Assembly: GCA_976551045.1 (NCBI GenBank)
Contig: CDPCPM010000017.1
Span: forward strand, 4,154,001-4,218,000
Reading direction: 5' to 3'
From: Glaucostegus cemiculus
Lineage: Eukaryota
DNA: 64,000 nucleotides
Position numbers and translations under genes: made by a program. The notes under the pieces are model-generated. The model saw only the letters and a program-made list of their open reading frames with translations, made no database searches and was not told where the DNA came from. How positions within the stretch are numbered: the stretch's first letter is position 1; each line of letters begins with the position of its first letter. Shown one piece after another: positions 36,975-49,755 of the stretch.

Positions 36975-38275
36975 AGCAAAGTAACAGAAGGTGTCATTGG
37001 CAGTGCTAACAAATGGCACTTGCTCGTCAACCTGCTCACCCACGCCCACTTTAGGTTTCCCCAGGATCACTTGGTTCCAGACCTCATTAAACCTCTGTTC
37101 TAAACATGGGTCCAAAGAAATTCCAGAAGTAGAGTAAAAATGACTGCCTTTTGCCCCAAGGCAGCATTTGACCAAGTGTGGCATCAAGGTGCCCCGGTCA
37201 AAGTGAAGTCAACAGGCATCAATCGGAAAAGGCTCCATTAGTTGGTGTCAGACCTCAGTGTTATGGTTACTGGAGGTCAGAACTTCACTGTATGGGTTTC
37301 TCAAGGCAGTGTTCGAGGAGTTCCTCAAGCCAGTGTCCAATGCCCAACTATTTTCAGCTCCTTCATCAAAGACCTTCCTTCTGTCATAAGGTCAGAAGCG
37401 GGGATGTTCGCTGACAATTGCACAATGTTCACTTCCATTCAGAACTCCCCAGTGAATGAGGCAGCATATAGCCACATGCAGCAAGATCTAGACAACATTC
37501 AGGCATAGGCTGACAACAGGCAGGGAACATTCATCTTACAGAAGTGTCAGGCAACTACCATCTCCAACAAGAAAGTATCAAACTACTTACCCTTGACATT
37601 CAATGGCATTATCAATACTGAGACCTCTACCATCATCATTCTGGGGGTGTCACTATTGAACAGAAACTCATCTGGACTAACCACATAAATACCTCAAAGA
37701 GCAGGACAGGGGATGGGTATCCTGCAATGAAGCAAGTCATTTCTTCATACCTTCCAAAGCCCTTCCACTGCCTGGAAGGCACAAATCTATAGTGTGATGG
37801 AAAATTCGCCACATGCCAGGATGAGTGCAGTCCAAAAACAGTCAAGATGCTTGACACAATCCAGGACTAAACACCCCACTTGATTGATAGCCCATCCATC
37901 ACACTAAACATCCATTCCTTCTTCTGCCAGTGTGCAATGTCTACAGTGTGTATTGTCTACAAAATACACTGCAGTTACTCATCTGGGCACATCTGACATT
38001 ACCTCAACTTCTACAACCAAGAAGGCAAGGGCTCCAGGTACATGAGAACACCACCTCCTGCAGGTTCCCCCAGATCTTGCATATTCTGACTTGGAAGCAC
38101 ATCCCCATTCCTGCACTGTCACTGGGTCAAAATCCTGGGACTCCCAGCATAGTAAGTGTACCTTCACCAAACGGGGGGCAGGTGAATTAGTACAGATGCC
38201 CACCACCTCCTCCTCAAGTGACGGTGGTACCTGGCATTGCCAGCAACAGCCAATATCTGAAAAATAAATGAATAG
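36975..38275 (+). mobile_element. CR1-group non-LTR retrotransposon (family distinct from HER1-type CR1), RT to 3' end
   Basis: Motifs KAAFDQVWHQG, GVPQASVQCPTIFSSFIKDLPSVIRSEAGMFADNCTMF and MQQDLDNIQA; 3' tail cccaccacctcctcctcaag...aaaataaatgaata. Confidence 0.8.
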
Positions 38276-41200
38276 AAACTCAGCACTTCCATCAACCAAG
38301 GCTTCCTGGGCAATAGAGCATGGTAGGGGTCATCACTGTCTTCCCCTCCTTGCAATATTTTACATTATTTGTACTGTGACTGGGAGAAAAGGAAAGATGT
38401 ACAACAATCCTTTTCACCAGCCCACCTTTCACCCAGAGCGGTTTTCCCAGGGACCTTCGAGCAGAACACAACAAGCAGTTCATTCTAATTCTAGGTAATC
38501 CCCATGCATCTGTACTTATCCCCTGCCGGAACATCTGTTGTCTTATTCCGCACTCTGGACAGATCAATAAGCCTTTAAAGGAGAATATCCTCTGCATGTT
38601 TTCCTTAAATGTATCAGTCTTCATAGAATATTTGACAAGAATGAAGAATATATGCACAAAGTCTGTCTAGAATGTTGCATTAATTCTGATGATGTAAAAG
38701 TTATATTTGTAACCACGGTGCTGAAGACATCCGCTTCAGGTTGTTATTTCTGTGAAATGACACTTAAACTAAAACCATGGTTGTTCGAGAGAAGTAAAGT
38801 AGATACATTATTAATATAGAGTCTTAAGACCTAACGAGCAAAATTACCCAATAACATTCTAACCCAACTTTTACTAGATTGCTTTTTCCAATGAATGTTC
38901 ATAAAGTTTCCAAGCCAAAAGACGAATAGAGACAATGTTCATTTAAAATCTGCCCCAAGGGTAAAATACGTTTCTATAAAAGCAACAGAGAAAATGGCAT
39001 CATCTTCATTCAATAAATGGGTCAGCTGCAAAACTCAGGACCCATATCCTCAGTGCAGCGTTTCACCCAAAAACAAAGGTGCAATGATGATGTCACTTGG
39101 GGAGGGGAAAGTCAAAATACTACACAAAAATATGGCCCTATACAATAGTTAGTATTTGCACCAAATTCAAAATATTGTTAAATTTCAGCAAAATCTTCCT
39201 TGCACCAAAAATATAACTGTGTCTATTACTAGTATGATAAACTTCTGACAGATTCATGTAGGAAAAAAATTACACACATGCAGCCACAATTTCCAAGTGT
39301 GCACTTACATTGAGAAGGCTCCTCGACCAAGGTTTATAAATAAAACATTTTCTCAGATACTGGGACTGCAAAACTCTATTCTATAGTGTCTATTGATAAG
39401 GTGCTATCATAACCAAAACATTTGCTGGACCTCAAAGAATTTAGGAGGTTAGATCTGGGTAAATGGTACTTGCTTTAAGTTTATGGAATATGCAGGTCGT
39501 AATGTCAGTCAGTATGGAACACTGGATTGACATTGCTGCCAAATTGGAGCTCCATGCTTCATTTAAACCTCCCTCTCTTAATCCCTCAGTTGTACGCAGG
39601 GCTAGACTAGAATTCCGCCAATTCAAAGGGGCCATCAACTATGGCAGGAGGCCGCTTAATGATTCCTATTGGCTGATACTACAATTCAACGAAAACTATG
39701 GGCTTTCTAAAGTCAACACGTTGTGTGGGTTAAATGCCAACACACTTTGCCCTAACTTCAAAGCTTCTGATTAGATCAGTGTGTCACCTAGAGTACACCA
39801 TGAATGGGAGAATGCAGAGAGGAAGTGCAGAACAGGACAAGCTGTTAGAAGGGGGAGGTGGAGGAGAGGGAGGACAAACCTCAACAGATGCCCATTTTGG
39901 CCCAAGGTGTTCTCTGATGTGAACCCCAGCTGTAAACTCTGTTTGGGACCTCTGTGCTTCCGTGCTTATGTGCTCAGTAACAACTACACTGAAATATGCC
40001 ATCTGCTCCAGCCAAAACTCCAGGGTAACAGGCACATTGCCCCTGGCGATCAAGGACGGTGTGACCATGACCTTGTGCACTGGATCCCTTCGGGCTGGAG
40101 CTAGAGACATTTGCAACGTCTCACTGCCATCCACAGTTGCATAAGAAAGATCCTTGAAGTTCTTTCTACAGAGATTGCTCATTCTCTCCTGCCAGACAGC
40201 AAATGACCCTCAAGAAAAGTTAGTATTTTATACTAAATATAAATTATTTCCTTTTCCCCAGAGAGAAAATTGTTAAATTGCAGCAAAATTTTCCTTGTAA
40301 AGAAAATAGGTAGCTTTGTCCCAGGCTTCTCCATGCTGTGGGATACCACACAGAGTAGACCCACAATGATATGTTCCCATACCCTGGTACCAGTCAGACT
40401 CCCTTCATTCCATGACAGTCTATCGTTCCACATGTATTTAGGCCCCCACAATGAGGCAAGTCAAAAGCAAAATACTGCACCTGACTTAAAGCATAATTTC
40501 TCTATTCATAGATGCTGCCTGATCTGCAGAGTATTTCCTGCATTTTATTTTTTTATTATAACATACCACTGGATAAAAAGGGCTAACACTAAAACACTAA
40601 AACCAAGCTCATTTGGGCAACCTGCAAAGAACAATGCTTTGCCACCCCATGAAAAGTGATAGAACGGACCATTGGTGTGCTGAAACAATTCCACTGCCTG
40701 GACTACTTTAGAGTGGAAGTCTCGAGCTTCGAGATGATGTGCTGTATGCTGCAAAAAGCAACCATCATGACAGTACAGCCCCTGACACCAGTGATACGGT
40801 GAGCAGCTGGAGAAGGATAGGGGAAGGAGTGGAATGGAACAAAGAGAGAAGAGGAAGGGGATGGAAGGAGGCTGCAGATGCCGTGCTCTTTGTGAACATA
40901 TGTTGGTCTTGCCAGTGACATCCACATCTGAGAAGTAAGAAAAACCTTATCCAACTGTAAATACAACCCAACTCCACATTCACCACCAATCTCATATCTA
41001 ACCACCACAAAGCAAAATAAAAGCCAACAAAAAGTATTTCTCTTAAAGCAACCATCCTGTAAATGCACAGGGAGCGTGGTCTGCATTGTAAACAGCAGGG
41101 TCAGGTTCATAGAGCATTGCAATCTCTACATGCCTATTTCGTGGGAGACTACAATTAAAATTATATTTAATGATGAATGAACCTTTCAAGCTCCCACCAC

Positions 41201-42334
41201 CTCAAGCAAGAACTTTTCCTGAAGCTCTTCATTGACCAGTATTCATGCCTGATTACCATCAGCAGCTCATTGAAGGCACAGGCTCAATTTTCAGAGATCC
41301 CAGGTCAGAATCTCTGGGCATTCTTTCCAAACATATAATCCAATCTGTGCCATTTTCCTTTGTGAAACAAATTCTACATGAAATTTGATTATGTTTTTCC
41401 AATAAAGATACCCGTTCTATCTCTCGATATAAACTTGATACTTTAAACATGGTTCTCACTTTCACACAGAGCCCCTGAACAGTGTTGTACATCTTAAAAC
41501 ATCAGCAAGATGAAATGGCATAAAGTTTGACACAGATATACCATTCAAAATCCTTTTCAGAAGGACTGCAAAAGGACATTCTCTAGTTATACATTAGATA
41601 AGCTGCTTGTCAGACACCAGGGAATTTACGTTAAATGAAATAGATAGATTGATTGACCTTTGTCAAATTCTTTGGATGAATTCTTGGATTTATCACTACT
41701 GAACTACAGCGCCGAAGCCTGACCATTCCTGAACTCTGCCTTGTGATGTCCTGTTCTGGAAATGAGTTTGACAGTAACATATAATCTATACAACTTGCAG
41801 AAAAAGTCAGAAACATCCGACCTTCACGCTGTATGTGTCTTGTCCAGCCAGACTGGATTCAATAGATCAAGGAGAGAATTTGTTTTTAATTTTGTCATGG
41901 TATCCATGTAGATTTACACTAATGTGATTTATGTGGGAAATTTTAACCCCTAGAACGGGTGGTTTCTGCTGAGGTTAGAGGCAAAATTTGAAAAGTTTAG
42001 AACCTGTCCAAGCCTGTTTAATTCTGGAATGGAGAGAGGGCAAGAGGTGGGGAACCAATCCGCCGTCAGGCCAGGATTCTATTGGTAAACTTTTAAGGGG
42101 CCCTTCTGCCTCTATTGTTATAGGGTTTCTTTTGTCCAATTCTGTCAGGTTTCCCAGCCTCAGTGGTGGATAAAATGAAGCTTGAAGGGCCAATTCCATT
42201 TGGCAATTGTCCTTCTGATCTGGTCTATAGGACAAAAGAACCTGGAGCCTTTCCCCAGGCACACTGACCTCACAGTGTACTCCCCACGATCCAAATTTTC
42301 CTGATTTCTATCCCTATTCCCCAACACTGAATGC

Positions 42335-42530
42335 ACTGTCATGGGTGGTGGCATAGGCAGACACAATAGAGGTGTCTAAGAGGCTGTTAGGATAGGCACA
42401 TGAATATGCAAAGAATAGAGGGATGTGGACGATGTGCAGGCAGAAGGGATTGGTTTAATTTGGCATCATTAGCATAATTACTTTGGCACAAACTAATTTA
42501 CCTGTGCTGCACTCTTCTATGTTCTATAAC
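42335..42530 (+). mobile_element. CR1 LINE 3' tail
   Basis: ggcagacacaatagaggtgtctaagaggctgttaggataggcacatgaat...cctgtgctgcactcttctatgttcta. Confidence 0.75.
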
Positions 42531-43999
42531 CCCATCAATCTTCCACTACACATAATCTGTCCATTTCAACTATGACCTTTTCCCTAACTACAATTGCTTC
42601 CACCGAATCACAAACTCATGCACGACCACATCTCTCCCTTCACCCCTCCCCGCCTCTGTTTTTAGTCAACAGGCTGCAAAAAAACTGTGACGTGCCTTGT
42701 ATTATGTTTCAGCAGGACATCCAGAATGGCCTGCCTCCAAGTATCCCACTGAGAATCTCTCACCATCTCCCACCAATATATATTAGGGCCATTTCTACAG
42801 GATAGAATTCATTTATTCTGTTAATGTTTCTTCTATTGTTCACAGGAACATCTAACAGAAAAAGATGAAAACAATGGTGAAATATACCATTTCAGCCTCT
42901 GAAAGGAAAAATAAGTTTACTTGTTAAGTATGGGCTCTTTGTCAAAACTTAAACCTTCCTTTCACAAGAGACTGACAGACCTCCCCCGTACATCTGGCAT
43001 TTTCTTTTATAAGTTTCTGATTTCTAGTATTTGGTGTTCCCCCTTTCTCTTCAACCAAGATCATGCCGTTCCAGACCATGCTGAATCAAACATAAGAACT
43101 GAAAATGCCGAAATCTGAAATGAAAACAGAATTGGCAAGATTCATACAGCAGGTGGGTGGTCCTTTCTATAAAGAGAAGTGCTCACGTCTAATCTCTCCA
43201 GGAAAACTTGTCAAAATCTAGTGTTTTCAGCATTTGGTGATGTTGATTTTTGCTTTCTTTCCTTACATAATATAATTCAAAGAACTCTGCCTAATTATAC
43301 CTGAAAATGTTCCATTTAATTGAAGAATGTTAATCTTCATGTAATTAATTATCACTGCATTTCACATATATAGCTGGAAATTACTCCCTGTGCACCTACT
43401 GTATCTTTGCCTTTAGCATAAATGTAAAGCATAGAAAATTTCCATCCAATAAACCGTGGAATTTTAAACCTGTCAGCAGAGTTAATGAATGGATAGAAGT
43501 GACTTGCGTGATTCAGTTGCAGCCTGAAATAGAAACATTCACTTTTATATATAGAAAAATGTCGAGAAAGGCTGTCACACACCAGGTATCACATTCTGCA
43601 TGAAAAGGCAAACTGAAAATGTCACATATATTTTAAAAATAATATTAAAAAACATGGAAAACTAGTAATCTGAAGTTTTCTCTGATCTCCAAAAATAATT
43701 TGACCTTTTTCCTAAAGGGGAGGAACTATGCACCTGCCAATCTAGTTAAAAGTCTAACAGCAAGAATAAGTAGCCTGTAATTGGCCTCAGGAACATAATT
43801 AGACTACTATACGGAGGGATCACCTGAGCAGTGAGTCGCTGGGCATAGTTCCATTTTTGTAGCTAAACATCCCAGGATCAAATTGCACCAAGCAAAGCTA
43901 TCAATAAATTTGAAATCAGCTTGAAATTGTGATATTTGTATAATGTAATGGAAAACCTTTGAAAAGGTCATTGCCTGCTTTAGAAAATTTACAAAGAGA

Positions 44000-45292
44000 T
44001 AAGAAATGGAATGGGTCCAACATCATTATGGGGAGGTTTGTTACTGCTGTCAGGGAGAGTTTAAACTAATTTGGCAGGAGAATGGGGAGCAGAGTAGATG
44101 TATAGTTGAGGGTGGGGAGGGCAAATGTAGGAGGAAGTCTAGGTCATTCTAGTCGGGCGAGTATAGATAGGCATGATAAGGAAAATGGGAGGAGCACCTA
44201 TATTAATACAAAGAGTCTGACTAGTAAGGCAGGTGAACGAAGAACAGAGGAACATGATATTTTTGCTATGACGTGACTGAGAGAGATATGACTGAAAGAA
44301 GGGCAGGACTGGCATCTCAACATTCCAGGAAATAGAATCTACAGGCATGACCAGAGGGATGTAAAAGATGAGGGGGCATTACAGTGCTGATTAAGGAGTT
44401 CATTATGGCAGTAGTAAGGGAGGTGTTCTGGAAGGCTTATCAAATAAGGCCATATGGATAAACAAAAAGAAAGCAATCACTTTGCTGGGAGTACATTACT
44501 GACCCCCTAACTGTGAGTGGGAGATGGAGGAGCTGAGATGTATGCAAATTACAGAGATGGAAGAATAATACAGTTGTATTAGTACACTTGCCTTGGTATG
44601 AAAGACTTAGTGGGGTGGAATTTTTGAAGTGCGTCCATGAGTGTTTTAGGAACCATTATGTAGATTGTCCTACTAGAGAAGGGGCAGTGCCAGACCTATT
44701 GGTATTGGTATTGGTTTATTATTGTCACTTGTACCGAGGTACAGTGAAAAATTTGTCGTGCATACCGATCGTACAGATCAATTCATTCCACAGTGCAGTT
44801 ATATTGGGTTAGTGCAGAAAAGTGTAGAATGATTTTAGAAAAGGTAATGAATAGATCTGTAGAGGGCAGCTTGCAACGAGTTGCCATGCTCTGGCGCCAT
44901 CTTCATCTTATTGAATATAGCCAGGCAAGTGGCTGTAGTGTCAGTGGGAAGGTATTTTGGAGAAAGTGATGATATCTGCACAAGGTTCATGAAGGTGTTA
45001 TGGAAATGGATACATGTGCACTGGAAATTAAGGTCCTGAAGTGGGGAAGCCTGATTTCAATTTTTTGGAACAGGACTACAGATGACATGAAAATTGGTGA
45101 TGTTGATAGTAAGGAGGTAGAGTTATGCTGTAGGATGATATTGATGAACTGGTAAAATGGGCAAGCGGCAGAAGACAGAGACTAATCCCGATAAGACGTG
45201 GTGTATTTTGGGAGGACCAACAAGGCCAGGCCATACACAATGTATATTAGAGCCTTAGGGAATACTGAAGAACAGAGGGATATTGGCATGTG
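44000..45292 (+). mobile_element. Internally deleted CR1 LINE (ORF1 end, ORF2 endonuclease, RT remnant)
   Basis: ORF1 end (gggaggtttgttactgctgtcagggagagtttaaactaa), endonuclease remnants (GQDWHLNIPG; tactagagaaggggcagtgccagacct = TREGAVPDL) and RT C-terminal remnant (VYFGRTNKARPYTM...EEQRDIG). Confidence 0.8.
44698..44903 (-). mobile_element. Short non-autonomous retroelement inserted in CR1
   Basis: The minus strand starts aagatggcgccagagc and ends ...tgtacctcggtacaagtgacaataataaa(ccaata)n; CR1 sequence resumes on both sides. Confidence 0.75.
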
Positions 45293-45913
45293 TCAACACC
45301 AAATGAGAAGATCTGGGAGTGTTGTCAGATATTGTCACTCACTGAAGTCATCAGCAATATGTACATTATCGATACGAGAACCAAATGGGATCTCAGAGTC
45401 TGAAACCAGAGACATAAAGCAGAAACCTCAGCACTCAAGTGCTTCTTAGTTTGAACAGAGAGTGCTATAATGGACCCAGGTGAAACAGTGTGTACAATTC
45501 TCATCACTGTAACCTGAGAAAGGTCTCCATTCACTGGAGAGAGTTCAGCAGAGAAGCCAAATTATGAGCTGGGAAGTAAACTTCTTAGAGTAATGAACAG
45601 AGGAAATCAAAGCTCAAAATGCTTACATTAGAGGGGCAGGTTCCTGGGTAACCTTATTCAAGATCATAAAGCATGCAGATAACATGAAAGGCTCTCTGGT
45701 ATTTGGTTTCTCTGGGATTTCTGCTTTTCTCCTGCCAATGAGAAAACATGAAATAGCTCTTTACATTTTCAAGGCCAATGCATTTTAACAATCGAGCATT
45801 GCCTCATAGCCTCAGCCTTAGAAGAGAGTGGAATATAATGGCTGAAAGGTCAGGATTTGTAGGGGGAGAGTGAAGAAAAACTAGCAAAAATCGAGACAGG
45901 TCTGGGTACTTAC

Positions 45914-46016
45914 CTGGTTGGAACGTCATGAGGGGTATCACCGGAAGTGATACCAGGGTGGTCGGGATGGGTCACAGTGGTCGTTGTCATCCTGTCTCCC
46001 CTTTTGTTCCAATAAC
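45914..46016 (-). other. Candidate 103-bp internal exon of an unidentified transcript
   Basis: Acceptor cattctcttgcag|G and donor CAG|gtaagt; one of three frames is open. Confidence 0.4.
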
Positions 46017-47416
46017 CTGCAAGAGAATGTAATAGATATCGCTGAATGGATTAATTGAAGAAGTTGGGAAATTCCAATCAAATTAAGAAGACATAGAGCA
46101 AAGGAAAGACATAATGAAGAGAAAGAATAACTGGGCAAAGCAAAGGAGGTTAAATGTCATTATTTTCTATGTTCTATATTTAATTTCAACAGTTGATGCT
46201 CAGATACAGCTGAAGGTTTATTATTATTGATTATATATTGTTATCATCGTTACATTAAAATATTTGCAACATTTGCAGTGGAAAAAAACTTGATGACTCC
46301 AGATAAATAAAGTTTTCCTCTTAATTGCATGAAGAGATTTTAAATTAACAATCATAAATTCATTCCTTTTCCCTCCTAATGTGACATGAAAGAGTGGAAT
46401 GCCTTTTACTCCTGCTTGCAATAAAAAGCCACTGTAGCAGCTGGGAGGTAAAGGGCTGCAGCATGACTTCAATCCACTCTGATGGATACTGCAAAGAAAG
46501 TTCAGCATCCCAAGGCACCCTCTCAAGGGAGGGGCGTGCAGTCTGTCTGGGGAACAACACAGAAGCAGATGTTTGCTTGGCATCCAGAAATGTGCTACGA
46601 TAAGACTTCATTTCTTTTCTTCATTCTCAGGATGTGGGCTATGCTGGAAAGGTATTAACTGTCTGTGTCTGGTTACCCACAGACGATGGTAATGATTGAT
46701 CTTGGATTCAGTAGCTGCTGGTCCAATTTAGAGGACAGTTCAGACTGAGAAGACTGGAGTAATATACAGACAAGACCAGGAAGGACTTGTGAGTGTGCTT
46801 GTCTGAAATAAATAGGAATCAATTAATAGATACTTCATGACAATCCCACAACCTTCTGGTCTCTTTTTGTTTTGCTTTCCAAGATTTCCAAAATATATAT
46901 ATTTTTAAATATTTCAAATTCACAAATCCATGGTGGGATTTCAACATGTGTTCTCCAAGTTATGGTCCAGGCCTCCAGATTATATCCAATATCATAATTC
47001 CTATAATACTGTACACCTTGTGTATGCCCTGTACATTCTTTGGAATGTTGGTGCTGAAGCTAATGGAGGTAGGAATGGGCAGGATGAGGATGTCCAGAAA
47101 CAGTGGCAATTTTCACATGGGATAAGAATCATAGAGGAACAATTTAATGTCGAATGCCATTCCACTGTTTCCAGCGGTGAATGATAGTTTCCTTAACATT
47201 GCCAAGCAACTGGGGACCTTTAACCACTCGCTGGAGGCAGATCTAATTCTCTGGAAGCAGCTAAGGACAGCAGCCTGATTCACCACAGTTGGTGTGGGCT
47301 GCACACCTGTGTATGAAAGCAGGTACATTTCTACAAGTAACAGCAGCTTGTAAAGGTGCTGAATGTGTCTTCTAACCATGCTTGCAACCATTAAAAGCAG
47401 AGCTTTTCTGTTGTGT

Positions 47417-47830
47417 AACATAAAAAAAAGAAACAGGAGCAGAAGTCGGCCATCTGGCCCATCGAGCCTGCTCTGCCATTCAATAAGATCATGGCTGATT
47501 TGGCCATGGACTCAGCTCCACCCACCTATCTAACTGTGTCTTCAAAATATTTAATGAGGTAGCTTCTACTGCTTCCCTGGGTAGAGAATTCCACAGATTC
47601 ACTACTCTCTGGGAAATGCAGTTTCTCCTCATCTCTGTCCTAAATCTATTCCCCTGAATCTTAAGGCTACGTCCCCTAGTTCTAGTCTCACCTACCAGTG
47701 GAAGCAACTTTCCTGCCTCTATCTTATCTATTCCTTTCATAATTTTATTGTAAGATCCCCTCTCTTTCTTCTGAATTCCAGCAAGTATAGTCCCAGGAGA
47801 CTCAATCTCTCCTCATAGGTTAACCCCCTC
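47417..47830 (-). mobile_element. Relatively young CR1 LINE 3' end
   Basis: ORF-track peptide MKGIDKIEAGKLLPLVGETRTRGRSLKIQGNRFRTEMRRNCISQRVVNLWNSLP is the CR1 ORF2 C-terminus; tail aacaggagcagaagtcggccatc. Confidence 0.92.
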
Positions 47831-48679
47831 AATCACTGAGCCTAATTTTCTATTCCACCATCCAACCCCCACCGGTGTTCAGGTCAGATGGAATGTAACT
47901 AGATGTCCTCCACTTGTTCTGCCTCCTCCCATATATACTGGCACGGTCAAGCAATCTGAATAGGTCCAGTACACCCCAGGCATCAGGCTACCACTCGGCA
48001 AAGACCTCTGCCTGGTGTCGGTGAGAGAGAGGCAAGTGAGTGCAGCCAGATGGTTTCAGTGATTGAAGTCTGCGAGGAAGTGGGTCCACCAGCCTTTTTA
48101 TTCTGAAATAAAGTGCACGCATATCAGAAGTGATCATAAGTAGATTTTAATATTTTAATGACTCAAATCCTTTTCAGCTGATTGTCAGAGTCATGGAAAA
48201 GTGACTAGGACTGAGCGTGAGCTCATAAAAGGCTGTCAGGGCACTGATGGGTCTCAAGATGCACCAGAGGGAGGCCTGATCCCTTGGCCAGCTGTGGAAC
48301 CGAGACCTCAGGGCCCCAGGGAACCATGCGGCCACAGACGGTCATTGTGGCTGCGGGGAACAGAGCGATCGAGCAAGATCCAGCTCTTAACCCTTAAGTT
48401 AATATATAGGTGCAGTTATTACAGGGTAGATTCTAAAAGCAAACATTTATCTAATTATTAGTACATGGGTGTAGTGCTGGAAAAATGGAATTCTTCAAAA
48501 GAGAATCCATTTCATTCTCAGTCAAAATGGAACATAATGTACATAATGGATCCCATAATGTACATACTCCAGTGTTTTGGAGCTAGAATTTCATCCCATC
48601 AAGTGTGCATTCTGCCAAGATAGCTCCAATGTTTTTCAATGCTAACTATATATAAATCTTTGGAAGTCAATAAGGTTGT

Positions 48680-49000
48680 TAATAAATGGAATCCTTGCTT
48701 TATAAATAAATGCTTAAGGTACAAGAGCAACAGAGGGATGTGACATTTTCATGAAACCCTGGTTGCCTGCGTCCAGTTCTGGACAACACATTTTAAGAAG
48801 GAGGTCAACCCTTAGAGAGGGTGCAGGGATAATTTCCTTGAACTAACTATGTATTTACGACTTTAGGACTTCAGTTAGTGGAGAGCTGAGGTGAGTGAGG
48901 AATAAAGGATATTCAAGATTATAAGTGGTTTTACTAGACAGGGAGAAACTGTCTCCACTGGAAAGAAGGTTGAATCAGAGCACACAAATGGAAGGTCCTG
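48680..49000 (+). mobile_element. CR1 LINE fragment
   Basis: gcgtccagttctggacaacacattttaagaaggagg (VQFWxxHFKK) followed by ttagagagggtgcag. Confidence 0.7.
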
Positions 49001-49679
49001 GGGTAAATCATGCTCTGCACCCAGTTCACTACATCTCTGTGCCCTCGACCATGCAATATCTCCCCACGTACTCTGGGTGCAATCTTCTACTGCTAGCCCA
49101 GTTCCAGTACATCAGAGGGGCTAGTGGCCTGCACCAGTGACAAGAGGAACTTTTGACAGTGCCAAAGCCTACAACCAGTTCACTGGCTGTCAGACCTCCT
49201 CTTTAAGTTGAAGATTTGTGCATGTCTGACACTTGGGCTTCAATAAAATTTAAAAATCAGAACTATTTAAAAAAATGAAGTTGAAAGTGTTCTCACACAC
49301 ACACACATACACACACGTTCAAACAATTGAAGGATTTCATCGAACTTAAATAAAATAAAACCATTATCTTCATCCCGACAGCTGATTTCTCACACTCCTA
49401 TCAATGGGCTGCTGTCACTACATCATTAACCTGACGCCAGTTCAGTGGGGAGGGCATCTCAGGCTGAGTGCAGATAAACGTGTGGAAGTTTGTGCTGCCA
49501 GTAGATTCCATGAGCAGTCCATCCAGACAGTGCAGAAGTTTGTATTTTTAGACAAGGTTATTTCTCAGAAATTAACACAAGTGCTGATTGGTGACCTTCC
49601 ACAATTACACCATTTGTAAAGTAATGAACTTCCACAGAGCATTGATCATTGCCACATCTTCCTCGCTGCATAATTTACC

Positions 49680-49755
49680 ACCAACGTATTCATTGGCTGT
49701 AAAGTGGTTTGAGATGTCCTGAAGTAGTGACTGAGACTGTGTAAATTCAAGTTTT
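49680..49755 (+). mobile_element. L2-type / Deu-SINE 3' tail
   Basis: gtattcattggctgtaaagtggtttgagatgtcctgaagtagtga...taaattcaagttt. Confidence 0.55.

Noticed and set aside
39781-41122. Cluster of 100-139 aa ORFs on both strands
   Set aside because: No recognisable motifs or codon bias; the ORFs overlap each other and lie partly over repeat tails, consistent with chance.
45907-45960. tacttacctgg resembling the U1 snRNA 5' end
   Set aside because: The similarity stops after 11 nt; it is simply the reverse complement of a consensus splice donor.
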